Shown: piece after piece, positions 16,113 through 23,938 of the stretch
Layout: every line of letters starts with the position of its first letter
Numbering within the stretch: position 1 is the first letter of the stretch
Source of the DNA: Pseudomonadota bacterium
GTDB taxonomy: Bacteria > Desulfobacterota > Syntrophia > Syntrophales > Fen-1087
Direction: 5' to 3'
Assembly: GCA_043805145.1 (NCBI GenBank)
Contig: JAZDIK010000099.1
Span: 31,443-63,442 of the forward strand
Length of the DNA: 32,000 nt
The notes under the pieces: model-generated
Told to the model about the DNA's origin: nothing
What the model saw: only the letters and a program-made list of their open reading frames with translations
Databases searched by the model: none
Made by a program: the position numbers and the translations under genes

Positions 16113-16946
16113 ATGGACCATCAGGCAAACAGATTCCCCTTCATCAATATTCTCCTTTTTTTATTGACGCTTCTGACGACGTTGTTTGCCGGAACCCTCC
16201 AGCAGGGCATTAATCCTCTGGAATATCCCCTGTCCCTATGGCGGGGCATTCCTTTTTCCTTTACTCTGCTGATGATCCTGGCGGCCCATGAATTTGGGCA
16301 CTACATCATGGCAAAGAAACACCGGATTGATGTAACATTGCCCTATTTCATCCCCGCCCCTTCTTTCATCGGAACCTTCGGCGCCTTCATCAAGATGAAA
16401 TCTCCGATGCTGGACAGACGGATGCTGTTGGACGTGGGAGCGGCCGGGCCGTTGGCCGGCATGACCGTCGCCGTGCCCATCCTGTTCATGGGGCTGCTGC
16501 TTTCGGAAATCAAACCGGGCGCGGCAGAAACGGGTTTAACTCTCGGCAGTTCCATGTTTTTTTCCCTGATGAGCTGGATCGTCCACGGTTATCTGCTGGA
16601 CGAGTGCAATCTTGTTCTGCATCCCATTGCATTTTCCGGGTGGATTGGCCTGCTGGTGACCTGCCTGAATCTTCTGCCAGTCGGTCAACTGGACGGGGGC
16701 CATGTGGCATACGCGATTTTCGGGCCGCGACAGCGCATTGTCGCGGCCATCGTCATTGCCGTGCTGATCTTGTTGGGTCTGACCGGTTGGAGCGGCTGGC
16801 TGGTTTGGGCGGCTATCCTGCTGCTCATGGGGACCAGGCATCCCCGCGTCGTGTATGAATGGGTCCCTCTGGACGACACGAGAAAGGTGATTGGCTGGGT
16901 CACGCTTGTGATCTTTGTCATGACCTTTTCACCCACCCCGTTTTGA
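16092..16946 (+). CDS. site-2 protease family (M50) membrane metalloprotease
   Basis: HEFGHY (HExxH) lies in a transmembrane segment. The protein is polytopic and hydrophobic, with LPVGQLDGGHV, a second M50 motif. Start is uncertain: the ATG at 16092 sits in the terminator loop, and the alternative ATG at 16113 gives MDHQANRF... Confidence 0.85.
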   Translation: MTIPPFLMDHQANRFPFINILLFLLTLLTTLFAGTLQQGINPLEYPLSLWRGIPFSFTLLMILAAHEFGHYIMAKKHRIDVTLPYFIPAPSFIGTFGAFIKMKSPMLDRRMLLDVGAAGPLAGMTVAVPILFMGLLLSEIKPGAAETGLTLGSSMFFSLMSWIVHGYLLDECNLVLHPIAFSGWIGLLVTCLNLLPVGQLDGGHVAYAIFGPRQRIVAAIVIAVLILLGLTGWSGWLVWAAILLLMGTRHPRVVYEWVPLDDTRKVIGWVTLVIFVMTFSPTPF

Positions 16947-17633
16947 TCAGTTCATGATCCCTTCCTCCCGGAAACTGAAGAACCGGTTCTCGCCAATGAT
17001 GATATGATCATGCACCAGAATATCCAGAGCCTTGGCCGTTTCCAGAATCTTCCTGGTCAGTTGGATGTCGGCGTCCGAGGGGCGGACGTGACCGGAAGGA
17101 TGGTTGTGGAGCAGGATGATTGCCGATGCCTTCCGTTTCAAGGCGTTTTCAAGGACTTTCCGAGGATAGACCACGGCCTGATTAACGATGCCTTCCTGAA
17201 TGGTTTCAATGTCAATAATCCGGTTCTGGACGTCGAGGAAAATCACCCGGAAGTGTTCATCCTTGAGACCGCCCAAGGCGGCCTTGCAGTAGTTCACGAG
17301 TTCGCTGGTACAGGTAATCTGAGGCCTCTCTTCGGCCTGCTGTCTCAGATAAAGTGTACACAGATCCTTGATCAGCTTGAGTCCGACCGCCGCATGGGCG
17401 CCGATGCCATGAATTTTTTCGAGATCGGCGATGTCTGCGTCGATGATGCCTTTGATGCTGCCAAACGTTTTCAACAGCGCTTTGGCTGGAGGCTTGACGT
17501 CTTTCTGCGGAATGGCATAGCAGAGAATCAGTTCAAGAACCTCATAATCATGAAAACCTTCAAGGCCGGCGGCGCGATATCTTTTTTTCAGGCGCTCCCG
17601 GTGCCCTTCATGGCCACGGGGATGGTCAGCCAT
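16947..17633 (-). CDS. radC: RadC-family JAMM/MPN-domain protein (UPF0758)
   Basis: HhH region (IGAHAAVGLKLI...) plus the JAMM motif ILLHNHPSGHVRPSDADIQLT. I chose the ATG at 17633, preceded by GAGGAG; the track begins at the GTG at 17645. Confidence 0.88.
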   Translation of the reverse strand: MADHPRGHEGHRERLKKRYRAAGLEGFHDYEVLELILCYAIPQKDVKPPAKALLKTFGSIKGIIDADIADLEKIHGIGAHAAVGLKLIKDLCTLYLRQQAEERPQITCTSELVNYCKAALGGLKDEHFRVIFLDVQNRIIDIETIQEGIVNQAVVYPRKVLENALKRKASAIILLHNHPSGHVRPSDADIQLTRKILETAKALDILVHDHIIIGENRFFSFREEGIMN

Positions 17634-17675
17634 CCTGCTCCTCACAGATCGGTGTTGGAGTCATGTGAAAAGAAT

Positions 17676-18269
17676 CTACCCCAGGCAGCCGTTCACAAAA
17701 TCCCAGTTGACCAGCTTTTCGATCACGGCAGCCAGATAATCCGGGCGGCGGTTCTGATAATCGAGATAATAGGCGTGTTCCCAGACATCGAGGGTCAACA
17801 GGGGGGTTGGTCCATGAGCGATGGGGGTGTCTGCATTGGCTGTTTTGACGATTTTCAGTTGTCCGCTGTCTGATACGAGCCATGCCCAGCCACTGCCAAA
17901 TTGGGTCATCCCCGCTGTTTTGAGCTCTTCCACGAATTTATCGGCGCTGCCCCAGGCCGCGGCAATCTTCGCGGCGACAGCCCCGGTGGGAGCCCCGCCG
18001 CCGCCCGGCTTCAGGCACTGCCAGTAAAATGAATGATTCCAGATCTGTGCGGCGTTGTTAAAAATCCCCGCTTTTGCAGCGTCGCCTGCCGTTTTTTTGA
18101 TAATGGCTTCCAGGCTCTCCTTTTCAAATGGCGTTCCGGCGATCAGTTTATTTAAGTTGTCAACATAGGTTCGATGGTGTTTCCCGTAGTGAAATTCGAG
18201 CGTATTGGCGCTTATGACAGGCGCCAGAGCATCCTTTGCGTAGGGTAGATCCGGTAATTGTATAGCCAT
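17676..18269 (-). CDS. sodB: Fe-type superoxide dismutase
   Basis: LPDLPYAKDALAPVISANTLEFHYGKHH...AAQIWNHSFYW...DVWEHAYYLDYQNRRPDY is the canonical Fe/Mn-SOD pattern with Fe-type features. AGGAGG SD upstream. Confidence 0.93.
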   Translation of the reverse strand: MAIQLPDLPYAKDALAPVISANTLEFHYGKHHRTYVDNLNKLIAGTPFEKESLEAIIKKTAGDAAKAGIFNNAAQIWNHSFYWQCLKPGGGGAPTGAVAAKIAAAWGSADKFVEELKTAGMTQFGSGWAWLVSDSGQLKIVKTANADTPIAHGPTPLLTLDVWEHAYYLDYQNRRPDYLAAVIEKLVNWDFVNGCLG

Positions 18270-18317
18270 AGCTCCTCCTTGCGTATTTTTTTTGCGTGCT
18301 GATGACTCTTACTGTTC

Positions 18318-18345
18318 ATATTACCATCACCTTTTAAAAGTGCAA
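18318..18345 (-). promoter_or_regulatory. sigma70-type promoter candidate for sodB (TTGCAC-N16-TAATAT on the minus strand)
   Basis: The minus strand reads cTTGCAC ttttaaaaggtgatgg TAATAT. The -10 lies about 50 nt upstream of the sodB ATG. Confidence 0.5.
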
Positions 18346-18593
18346 GCTGTTTGTAGCAATATCTTTGAGTCAGCGAGTTAGTATTCGGGAATCGTGATCT
18401 CCCTGCTTGCCGTACGATTTTTTAAAAAAAGCCGAAAAAAGCAATCCGCCACAAAGGTTTTAAGCGCCTGCCGGCACCGGAAATTCGGCCGGAAACAGGA
18501 ACAAGTGTATATGAATACCGATTGATGTCTTCCATGGACCAAAGCTCATTCAAACTAACATTGGTCATCATAAAAATGCCGGAAAATATTTTC

Positions 18594-19910
18594 TCAAATA
18601 TTAAAGGCGGCCTTCCATGTCATCAGATCTGCGAGGGCGCGATCGGCATAGGCCCGTCCCCGGTCTTTTTTCACCGTCTTCTGCTCAAGGGGTGGGAAGA
18701 GACCAAAATTGATGTTCATGGGCTGAAATGATTCGCTTTTTGCGTTGATAATATGGTGCAGCAATGAACCGATGGCAGTCGTCTCGGGAGGCGGAAGAAT
18801 TTCCTTTCCCGTTGCCAGTGCAGCGGCATTAAGGCCTGCGAGGAGACCCATGGCAGCTGATTCGACGTAGCCTTCGACGCCTGTGATTTGTCCGGCAAAC
18901 AGAATCCTCGCATCCGCACGCAGCTGCAGCGCATGGTTGAGAAGCGCAGGTGAATGGATGAAGGTATTGCGGTGTATACTGCCGTAGCGAGCGAATTCTG
19001 CGTGCTCCAACCCGGGGATCATCCGGAATATCCGTTGTTGTTCCGGCCAGGTCAGCTTCGTCTGGAAGCCCACCATATTGAACAGGGTCATTGCACGATT
19101 TTCCGGACGAAGCTGAACGACTGCATAGGGCCTACGGCCCGTCCGGGGATCGATGAGACCGACAGGCTTCATCGGGCCGAAAGCCAACGTCCGGATTCCG
19201 CGTCTGGCAATGACTTCCACGGGCAGGCAACTTTCGAAACATTTCGCCGCCTCGAAAGATCGGAGGGGGACGTCTTCCCCTTCCGTCAGAATCTTCCAGA
19301 AACGCTCGTAGTCCTCTTTTTCGAAAGGGCAGTTCAAATAATCCCCTTCGCCGCTGTCATACCGTGATGCCCGGAAAACCTTTTCATAATCAATGGATTC
19401 TGCATCGATAATCGGCGAAATGGCGTCATAGAAGTAGAGGTGTTCCGCGCCGGTCAGACGGGCGATGTCACCGGCCAGCGAATCGGATGTCAGCGGCCCC
19501 GTGGCGATAATCACGCGCCGATCACCGGGAATCTCGGCGAGTTCCCGCCGGATGATCTGCACGTCACTGGTGGAAGCCAGAAGGTTTTCGATATATTTCG
19601 AAAAGTCGGTCCGATTGACGGCCAGCGCCCTTCCTGCCGGAACAGCCGTTGCATCGGCAGCCTCCATGATCAGCGAATCCAGTCGGCGCATCTCTTCCTT
19701 GAGCAAGCCGGCGGCATTTTCGCGGGTCTTGGCACGCAATGAATTGCTGCAGACCAACTCGGCCAGCAGTGGAGATTGATGGGCTGGAGAGAACCGTTGC
19801 GGCTTCATGTCGTACAGCAAGGCGCCCAGTCCTCTGCGGGAAAGCTGCCAGGCGGCCTCGCAGCCGGCAAGGCCGCCGCCGACAATGATTGTAGGAGCGT
19901 TGACGGTCAT
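18594..19910 (-). CDS. trmFO: methylenetetrahydrofolate--tRNA-(uracil54-C5)-methyltransferase TrmFO (Gid)
   Basis: 438 aa. FAD-binding N-terminus [16 protein letters not shown] plus LVCSNSLR and [20 protein letters not shown], both TrmFO signatures. Confidence 0.93.
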   Translation of the reverse strand: MTVNAPTIIVGGGLAGCEAAWQLSRRGLGALLYDMKPQRFSPAHQSPLLAELVCSNSLRAKTRENAAGLLKEEMRRLDSLIMEAADATAVPAGRALAVNRTDFSKYIENLLASTSDVQIIRRELAEIPGDRRVIIATGPLTSDSLAGDIARLTGAEHLYFYDAISPIIDAESIDYEKVFRASRYDSGEGDYLNCPFEKEDYERFWKILTEGEDVPLRSFEAAKCFESCLPVEVIARRGIRTLAFGPMKPVGLIDPRTGRRPYAVVQLRPENRAMTLFNMVGFQTKLTWPEQQRIFRMIPGLEHAEFARYGSIHRNTFIHSPALLNHALQLRADARILFAGQITGVEGYVESAAMGLLAGLNAAALATGKEILPPPETTAIGSLLHHIINAKSESFQPMNINFGLFPPLEQKTVKKDRGRAYADRALADLMTWKAAFNI

Positions 19911-20147
19911 TTGATGGCTCTGATCGAGGGAATCGCTCCCTGTTGTTTAGGTTGCCGCAATCACTGAGGAAGATCTTTGCATAATCGGTGAAGAATGGTT
20001 CGCAAGCGGCGAATCAAAGATTTTTTGAATTTACAGAAATTAGATTAATTTATAAATTTCGATCATATTTTAACATGATCAAGGGGGACATGACGAAATC
20101 GTGTCTCCCCTCAACGTGACGGTGATTTACGACAGGGGAAATGGTTT

Positions 20148-22496
20148 TCAGGCCCCGGCCCCGGGTTTGATCTTTACGATATTCTTGCATTCGGGGTAGC
20201 CGGAGCAGCCCAGGAAACGGCCGAATCGCCCGCGTTTGATCGCCATGGGCCGCCCGCATTTATCGCAGAGGGTATCCGTCTGCTCCGGGGATTGAGGCTT
20301 GACTGATCCGTCCGCTCCCTTTCCGATCTTGACAATGTTCTTGCATTCCGGGTAGCCCGAGCAACCGAGAAAGGGGCCGAATTTACCCCGTTTAACCACC
20401 ATGGGCCGGCCGCACACGTTGCAAGCGATGTCGCTGGCCTCTTCTTTGACCGGCGTCATGGCACCGTTTTCATCTTTCCGGACGTTGACGATATTTTTAC
20501 ATTCGGGATAGCCGGAGCAACCAAGGAAGGGACCGAACCGGCCCTGTTTGACCGCCATGGGCCGGCCGCATTTTTCACAGGCGATATCCGTTTCCTCCTT
20601 TTGCGTTTCGGGTGGGAGGACGGTTCCGTCATTGTCACGGATGACGTTCCGCGTGTTTTTGCAAGCCGGGTAGTTTGAACAGGCCAGGAATTCCCCGTTC
20701 CGTCCCCATTTGATGACCATGGGACTGCCGCATTTTTCACAGGTCATATCGGTGGGCGTCTCTTGCCGTTTGACGTTGCGCATCTCCGCCTTGGCCTTCT
20801 TTAGTTCTGCGGCAAAGGGAACATAAAATTCGTTGAGTGTGTCCAAACGCTCCATTTTTCCCTCTTCAATCTTGTCCAGCATGCCTTCGAGTGAGGCCGT
20901 GAAAGCAACGTCGAGTTCGCGCGGAAAATTATTAACGAGTAATTCCGTCACGAGGACGCCCAATTTGCTGGGATGAAGCCGCTGTTTTTCCAAGCGGACA
21001 TATTCTCTGTCCTGGATCGTGCTCAGGATCGTGGCATAGGTGCTCGGCCGTCCGATTCCGTTTTCCTCGAGTTCACGTACCAGCGTAGCCTCTGTAAACC
21101 GGGGCGGAGGCTGTGTGAATTTCTGTTCCGGCTTGAGTGCGAGTAGTTTCAGGATTTCATTATCCTTGAGGGCAGGAAGAATCTTGCCCAATTCAGCGTC
21201 TTCGCCGTTGCCGTCTCCGTTGTCTTCCCTGCCTTCCGTGTAGACAATCGTGAATCCGGGAAATGTCATGACCGAACCCTGGACGCGGAAAATGCATGTG
21301 CCGGCGGCAATATCTATGGTCGTCTGATCGAAGACGGCCGGATTCATCTGGCTGGCCACAAAACGGTTCCAAATGAGCTGATAGAGCCGAAACTGGTCGT
21401 TGTTCAGATGCGCCCTGATATCCTGGGGTTTGTATGCCATCGAAGACGGCCGGATTGCCTCATGGGCATCCTGGGCGGTTCCGGCGTTCTTGAAGACGCG
21501 TGGTTTCGCGGGCAGATAGTCCGGATCGTAGTTCTGACGGATATACGTCCGAGTCTCTTTCAGAGCCTCTTCGGCGATCCGGACGGAATCGGTCCGCATA
21601 TAGGTGATGAGCCCCACGGAGCCTTCTTTTCCTAGCTCGATTCCCTCGTAGAGTTTCTGCGCCACGCTCATCGTCTTCTTTGCCGAAAATCCGAGCTTCC
21701 GCGATGCTTCCTGCTGCAGCTTGCTGGTCGTGAAAGGAGGCGATGGAGAGCGCCTCATTTCTTTCCTTTCCACCTTGCCGACGATAAAGGGCAAGCGTTG
21801 GAGCGTCTCGACGAGTTCGGCCGACTGAATTTCGTTGGTGACCTTGGCCTTTCTCCCGTCGATTTTGATGAGACGCGCTTCGAATGGCGGCGGATTTGAA
21901 CCTTCGAGCGATGCGGTGATGTTCCAGTACTCTTCCGGGACAAATTTTCTGATTTCCGCTTCCCGGTCGCAGATGATACGGACCGCAACCGACTGCACCC
22001 GCCCTGCGCTCAGGCCGCGCTTGACCTTTTCCCAGAGCAGCGGGCTGATCTGGTATCCTACGAGCCGATCCAGAATCCGGCGTGTCTGCTGAGCTTCGTA
22101 CTTGTTGAAATTCAGCTCCAGGGGACGGTTGATGGCCTCGATGATCGTGTTTTTAGTGAGGTCATTAAACAGGACGCGGTGAATGATTTTGCCTTTCGCG
22201 GCAATTTCATCCGCGATATGCCAGGCAATGGCCTCGCCTTCCCGGTCCGGGTCGGGTGCCAGGTAAATATTCTGGGCGTTTTTGGCCGCTTTTTTGAGCT
22301 CGGCGATGACCTTCTTTTTGGTTTCGATCACCTGGTATGTGGGGTCAAAGTTGTTCTGCAAATCAATGCCGAGCGTGCTTTTCGGAAGATCCTTGACATG
22401 TCCCATGGAAGCCCGGACATCGAAATCGGGTCCGAGGTATTTCTTGATGGTTTTCACTTTTGTCGGCGATTCAACGATAATCAAAGATTGTGACAT
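20148..22496 (-). CDS. topA: DNA topoisomerase I (type IA) with four C-terminal C4 zinc ribbons
   Basis: MSQSLIIVESPTKVKTIKKYLG... Toprim/Topo IA core. Start set at the ATG at 22496, 5 nt after the dprA stop. The track's 54-codon N-terminal extension overlaps dprA and is Arg/His-rich nonsense. Confidence 0.95.
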   Translation of the reverse strand: MSQSLIIVESPTKVKTIKKYLGPDFDVRASMGHVKDLPKSTLGIDLQNNFDPTYQVIETKKKVIAELKKAAKNAQNIYLAPDPDREGEAIAWHIADEIAAKGKIIHRVLFNDLTKNTIIEAINRPLELNFNKYEAQQTRRILDRLVGYQISPLLWEKVKRGLSAGRVQSVAVRIICDREAEIRKFVPEEYWNITASLEGSNPPPFEARLIKIDGRKAKVTNEIQSAELVETLQRLPFIVGKVERKEMRRSPSPPFTTSKLQQEASRKLGFSAKKTMSVAQKLYEGIELGKEGSVGLITYMRTDSVRIAEEALKETRTYIRQNYDPDYLPAKPRVFKNAGTAQDAHEAIRPSSMAYKPQDIRAHLNNDQFRLYQLIWNRFVASQMNPAVFDQTTIDIAAGTCIFRVQGSVMTFPGFTIVYTEGREDNGDGNGEDAELGKILPALKDNEILKLLALKPEQKFTQPPPRFTEATLVRELEENGIGRPSTYATILSTIQDREYVRLEKQRLHPSKLGVLVTELLVNNFPRELDVAFTASLEGMLDKIEEGKMERLDTLNEFYVPFAAELKKAKAEMRNVKRQETPTDMTCEKCGSPMVIKWGRNGEFLACSNYPACKNTRNVIRDNDGTVLPPETQKEETDIACEKCGRPMAVKQGRFGPFLGCSGYPECKNIVNVRKDENGAMTPVKEEASDIACNVCGRPMVVKRGKFGPFLGCSGYPECKNIVKIGKGADGSVKPQSPEQTDTLCDKCGRPMAIKRGRFGRFLGCSGYPECKNIVKIKPGAGA
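20151..20741 (-). repeat. four tandem, diverged ~150-160-bp coding repeats (topo I zinc-ribbon modules)
   Basis: Protein repeats CEKCGSPMVIKWGRNGEFLACSNYPACKN / CEKCGRPMAVKQGRFGPFLGCSGYPECKN / CNVCGRPMVVKRGKFGPFLGCSGYPECKN / CDKCGRPMAIKRGRFGRFLGCSGYPECKN. They are also visible as DNA similarity (...CATGGGCCGGCCGCA... recurs). Confidence 0.9.
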
Positions 22497-22501
22497 TTTG
22501 G

Positions 22502-23629
22502 TTATAGCTCCTTGCGCAAGTACATTTTGCCTGGTTTTTGCTCGATGACGCCCTTCAATTCGAGGCTCAGAAGGCCGCTGAGAATTTCGGCGGCCGTCCG
22601 TCCGGTGGACGTGATGATCTGGTCGATATGGACGGGTCTTTGCGAAGTGGCCTGCCATACCGCTTTTTCGTTTTCGGTGAATGTCCTGTCCGGGACTGTC
22701 TCGCGTTTTGCCGGGTGATCGTCTTCGCCGTCCCGGGAAGCAAGCGTCCTGCCGGCTTGCGGCAGGATCTCTTCCAGGATATCATCAATATTTTCGATAA
22801 GTTTCGCGCCCTGTTTGATGAGCCTGTTTGTTCCGCGGGAACCCGTGATATCGATACTTCCCGGGACGGCGAAGACTTCCCGTCCCTGTTCCAGCGCGAT
22901 CCGGGCCGTAATCAGGGAACCGCTTTTTTCACCGGCCTCGACCACCACCACCCCAAGTGAAATTCCGCTGATGATCCGGTTCCGGGCGGGAAAGTTCGGG
23001 GCGTTGGGCGGTGCGCCGAAGGGGAATTCCGAGATGACGGCCCCGTTTGCGGCGATATCTCTGAAAAGCTTTTCATTTTCAGGCGGATAAATGATGTCCA
23101 ATCCGCACCCCAGGACGGCAATGGTTCTTCCCCTGCCGGCCAGGGCGCCCCGGTGTGCAGCCGAATCGATTCCTCGCGCCATGCCGCTGACGATGGTTAC
23201 TCCCTGAAGTGCCAGTTCGCGGCAGAGTCGTTCCGTCGTGAACATCCCATGGGCGCTGGCCATCCGGGAACCTACAAAAGCGACGTTGATATCGTCGTCC
23301 CGGAGACTTCCTTTGAGGTACAGATAGGCCGGGTTGTCATAGATGTTTGAGAGACGGGGCGGATAAAGGGGGTCCTGAGAGGTAATGATGCCAACGCCGG
23401 CCCGCCCCGCGCATTCCAGTTCTTTTTCAACTTGCTTCCAGTTTGAGAAATCCTTGATCTGACGTGCTGCCTTCTCTCCAATGCCGGGCACGACTTTGAG
23501 CATCGAAAAGGGCGCATCAAAGACCTGCCTTGGCGACCCGAAGGCGTTGAGCAGGGTTTTAAAACCTACATTGCCTACACCTTCCACCCATTTCAGGGCA
23601 ATCCAGTATTTCAGGTCGCGATCCGTCAT
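22502..23629 (-). CDS. dprA: DNA-processing protein DprA (Smf)
   Basis: 375 aa. SAM-like N-terminus (YWIALKWVEGVGNVGFKTLL), Rossmann-like DprA core (VAFVGSRMASAHG...IVSGMARGIDSAAHRGAL...TIAVLGCGLD), C-terminal winged helix. Confidence 0.93.
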   Translation of the reverse strand: MTDRDLKYWIALKWVEGVGNVGFKTLLNAFGSPRQVFDAPFSMLKVVPGIGEKAARQIKDFSNWKQVEKELECAGRAGVGIITSQDPLYPPRLSNIYDNPAYLYLKGSLRDDDINVAFVGSRMASAHGMFTTERLCRELALQGVTIVSGMARGIDSAAHRGALAGRGRTIAVLGCGLDIIYPPENEKLFRDIAANGAVISEFPFGAPPNAPNFPARNRIISGISLGVVVVEAGEKSGSLITARIALEQGREVFAVPGSIDITGSRGTNRLIKQGAKLIENIDDILEEILPQAGRTLASRDGEDDHPAKRETVPDRTFTENEKAVWQATSQRPVHIDQIITSTGRTAAEILSGLLSLELKGVIEQKPGKMYLRKEL

Positions 23630-23661
23630 CTTTGTCTATTTTCCATAAAAAGAGGCGGCAA

Positions 23662-23689
23662 GTTATATCGGATCATTTCCGGGTGTCAA
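23662..23689 (-). promoter_or_regulatory. sigma70-type promoter candidate for dprA-topA(-trmFO) (TTGACA-N16-TATAAC on the minus strand)
   Basis: The minus strand carries TTGACA (plus-strand 23684-23689), a 16-nt spacer, and TATAAC (plus-strand 23662-23667). The -10 is about 30 nt upstream of the dprA ATG. Confidence 0.55.
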
Positions 23690-23756
23690 GTTTTTTAATT
23701 TTGAAAAATTGTTGCGTTCTTTGATCGGATGGATTAGAAAAGCGCCACACATGAAG

Positions 23757-23913
23757 AACTCGTAAAAAGTCAAAAAACGAAGCCGAAAACGACAGCTTTG
23801 CAAAAAGCTCCGCAGGCAAGGCGCGTAAATGCTGAGGAATGAGGCGTACTTTGGACGTACGCTGCAATGACGATGGCTGCAGTGCAGTGCAGCATCCGGA
23901 CTTATTACGAAGG
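23757..23913. repeat. ~157-bp structured intergenic repeat element (REP/MITE-like) with imperfect terminal inverted repeats
   Basis: Ends CGTAAAAAGTC (23761-23771) and GACTTATTACG (23899-23909) are 10/11 complementary. Three internal hairpins: AGCTTT-GCAA-AAAGCT (23794-23809), GCGTAC...GTACGC (23844-23862), GCTGCA...TGCAGC (23876-23893). The terminal motif recurs at 2621-2635 and 29901-29923. Confidence 0.6.
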
Positions 23914-23938
23914 TGTCACATATTGAGGGGCGCAGACT

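Noticed and set aside
16944-16949. The stop codons of the M50 protease (+) and radC (-) abut with a zero-nt gap and no terminator.
   Set aside because: Convergent genes with touching stops are common in compact genomes, and nothing in the sequence suggests a special mechanism.
17004-17873. 289-aa plus-strand ORF spanning radC, the radC-sodB spacer and part of sodB.
   Set aside because: It is antisense to two well-supported genes, has no SD and no motifs, and crosses an intergenic region only by chance lack of stops.
18300-18330. TGATG...N...CATCA imperfect symmetry around the sodB -10 as a Fur/PerR box.
   Set aside because: Only the outer 5 nt are symmetric, and there is no resemblance to the GATAATGATAATCATTATC or TTATAATNATTATAA consensus.
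20151-20741. A periodic ~155-bp repeat that could be taken for a CRISPR or satellite array.
   Set aside because: The repeats are in-frame zinc-ribbon modules inside topA. There is no short-repeat/unique-spacer organisation and no cas genes.
22497-22658. 54-codon N-terminal extension of topA in the ORF track (start at 22658).
   Set aside because: It overlaps the dprA 3' end. The sequence is Arg/His-rich (MAGHFAKTRPYRPDHHVHRTDGRR...). Canonical Topo I begins at MSQSLIIVESPTK, the ATG at 22496.
23673-23867. 64-aa minus-strand ORF in the dprA/580-aa spacer.
   Set aside because: It is the translation of the intergenic repeat element (contains FFDFLR from TTTTTTGACTTTTTACG). It has no SD and overlaps the hairpins and the candidate dprA promoter region.
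23870-23895. TGGCTGCAGTGCAGTGCA as a sigma-54 (-24/-12) promoter for the 580-aa gene.
   Set aside because: The GG and GC elements are not at the required 10-nt spacing, and the sequence is better explained as hairpin 3 of the repeat element.
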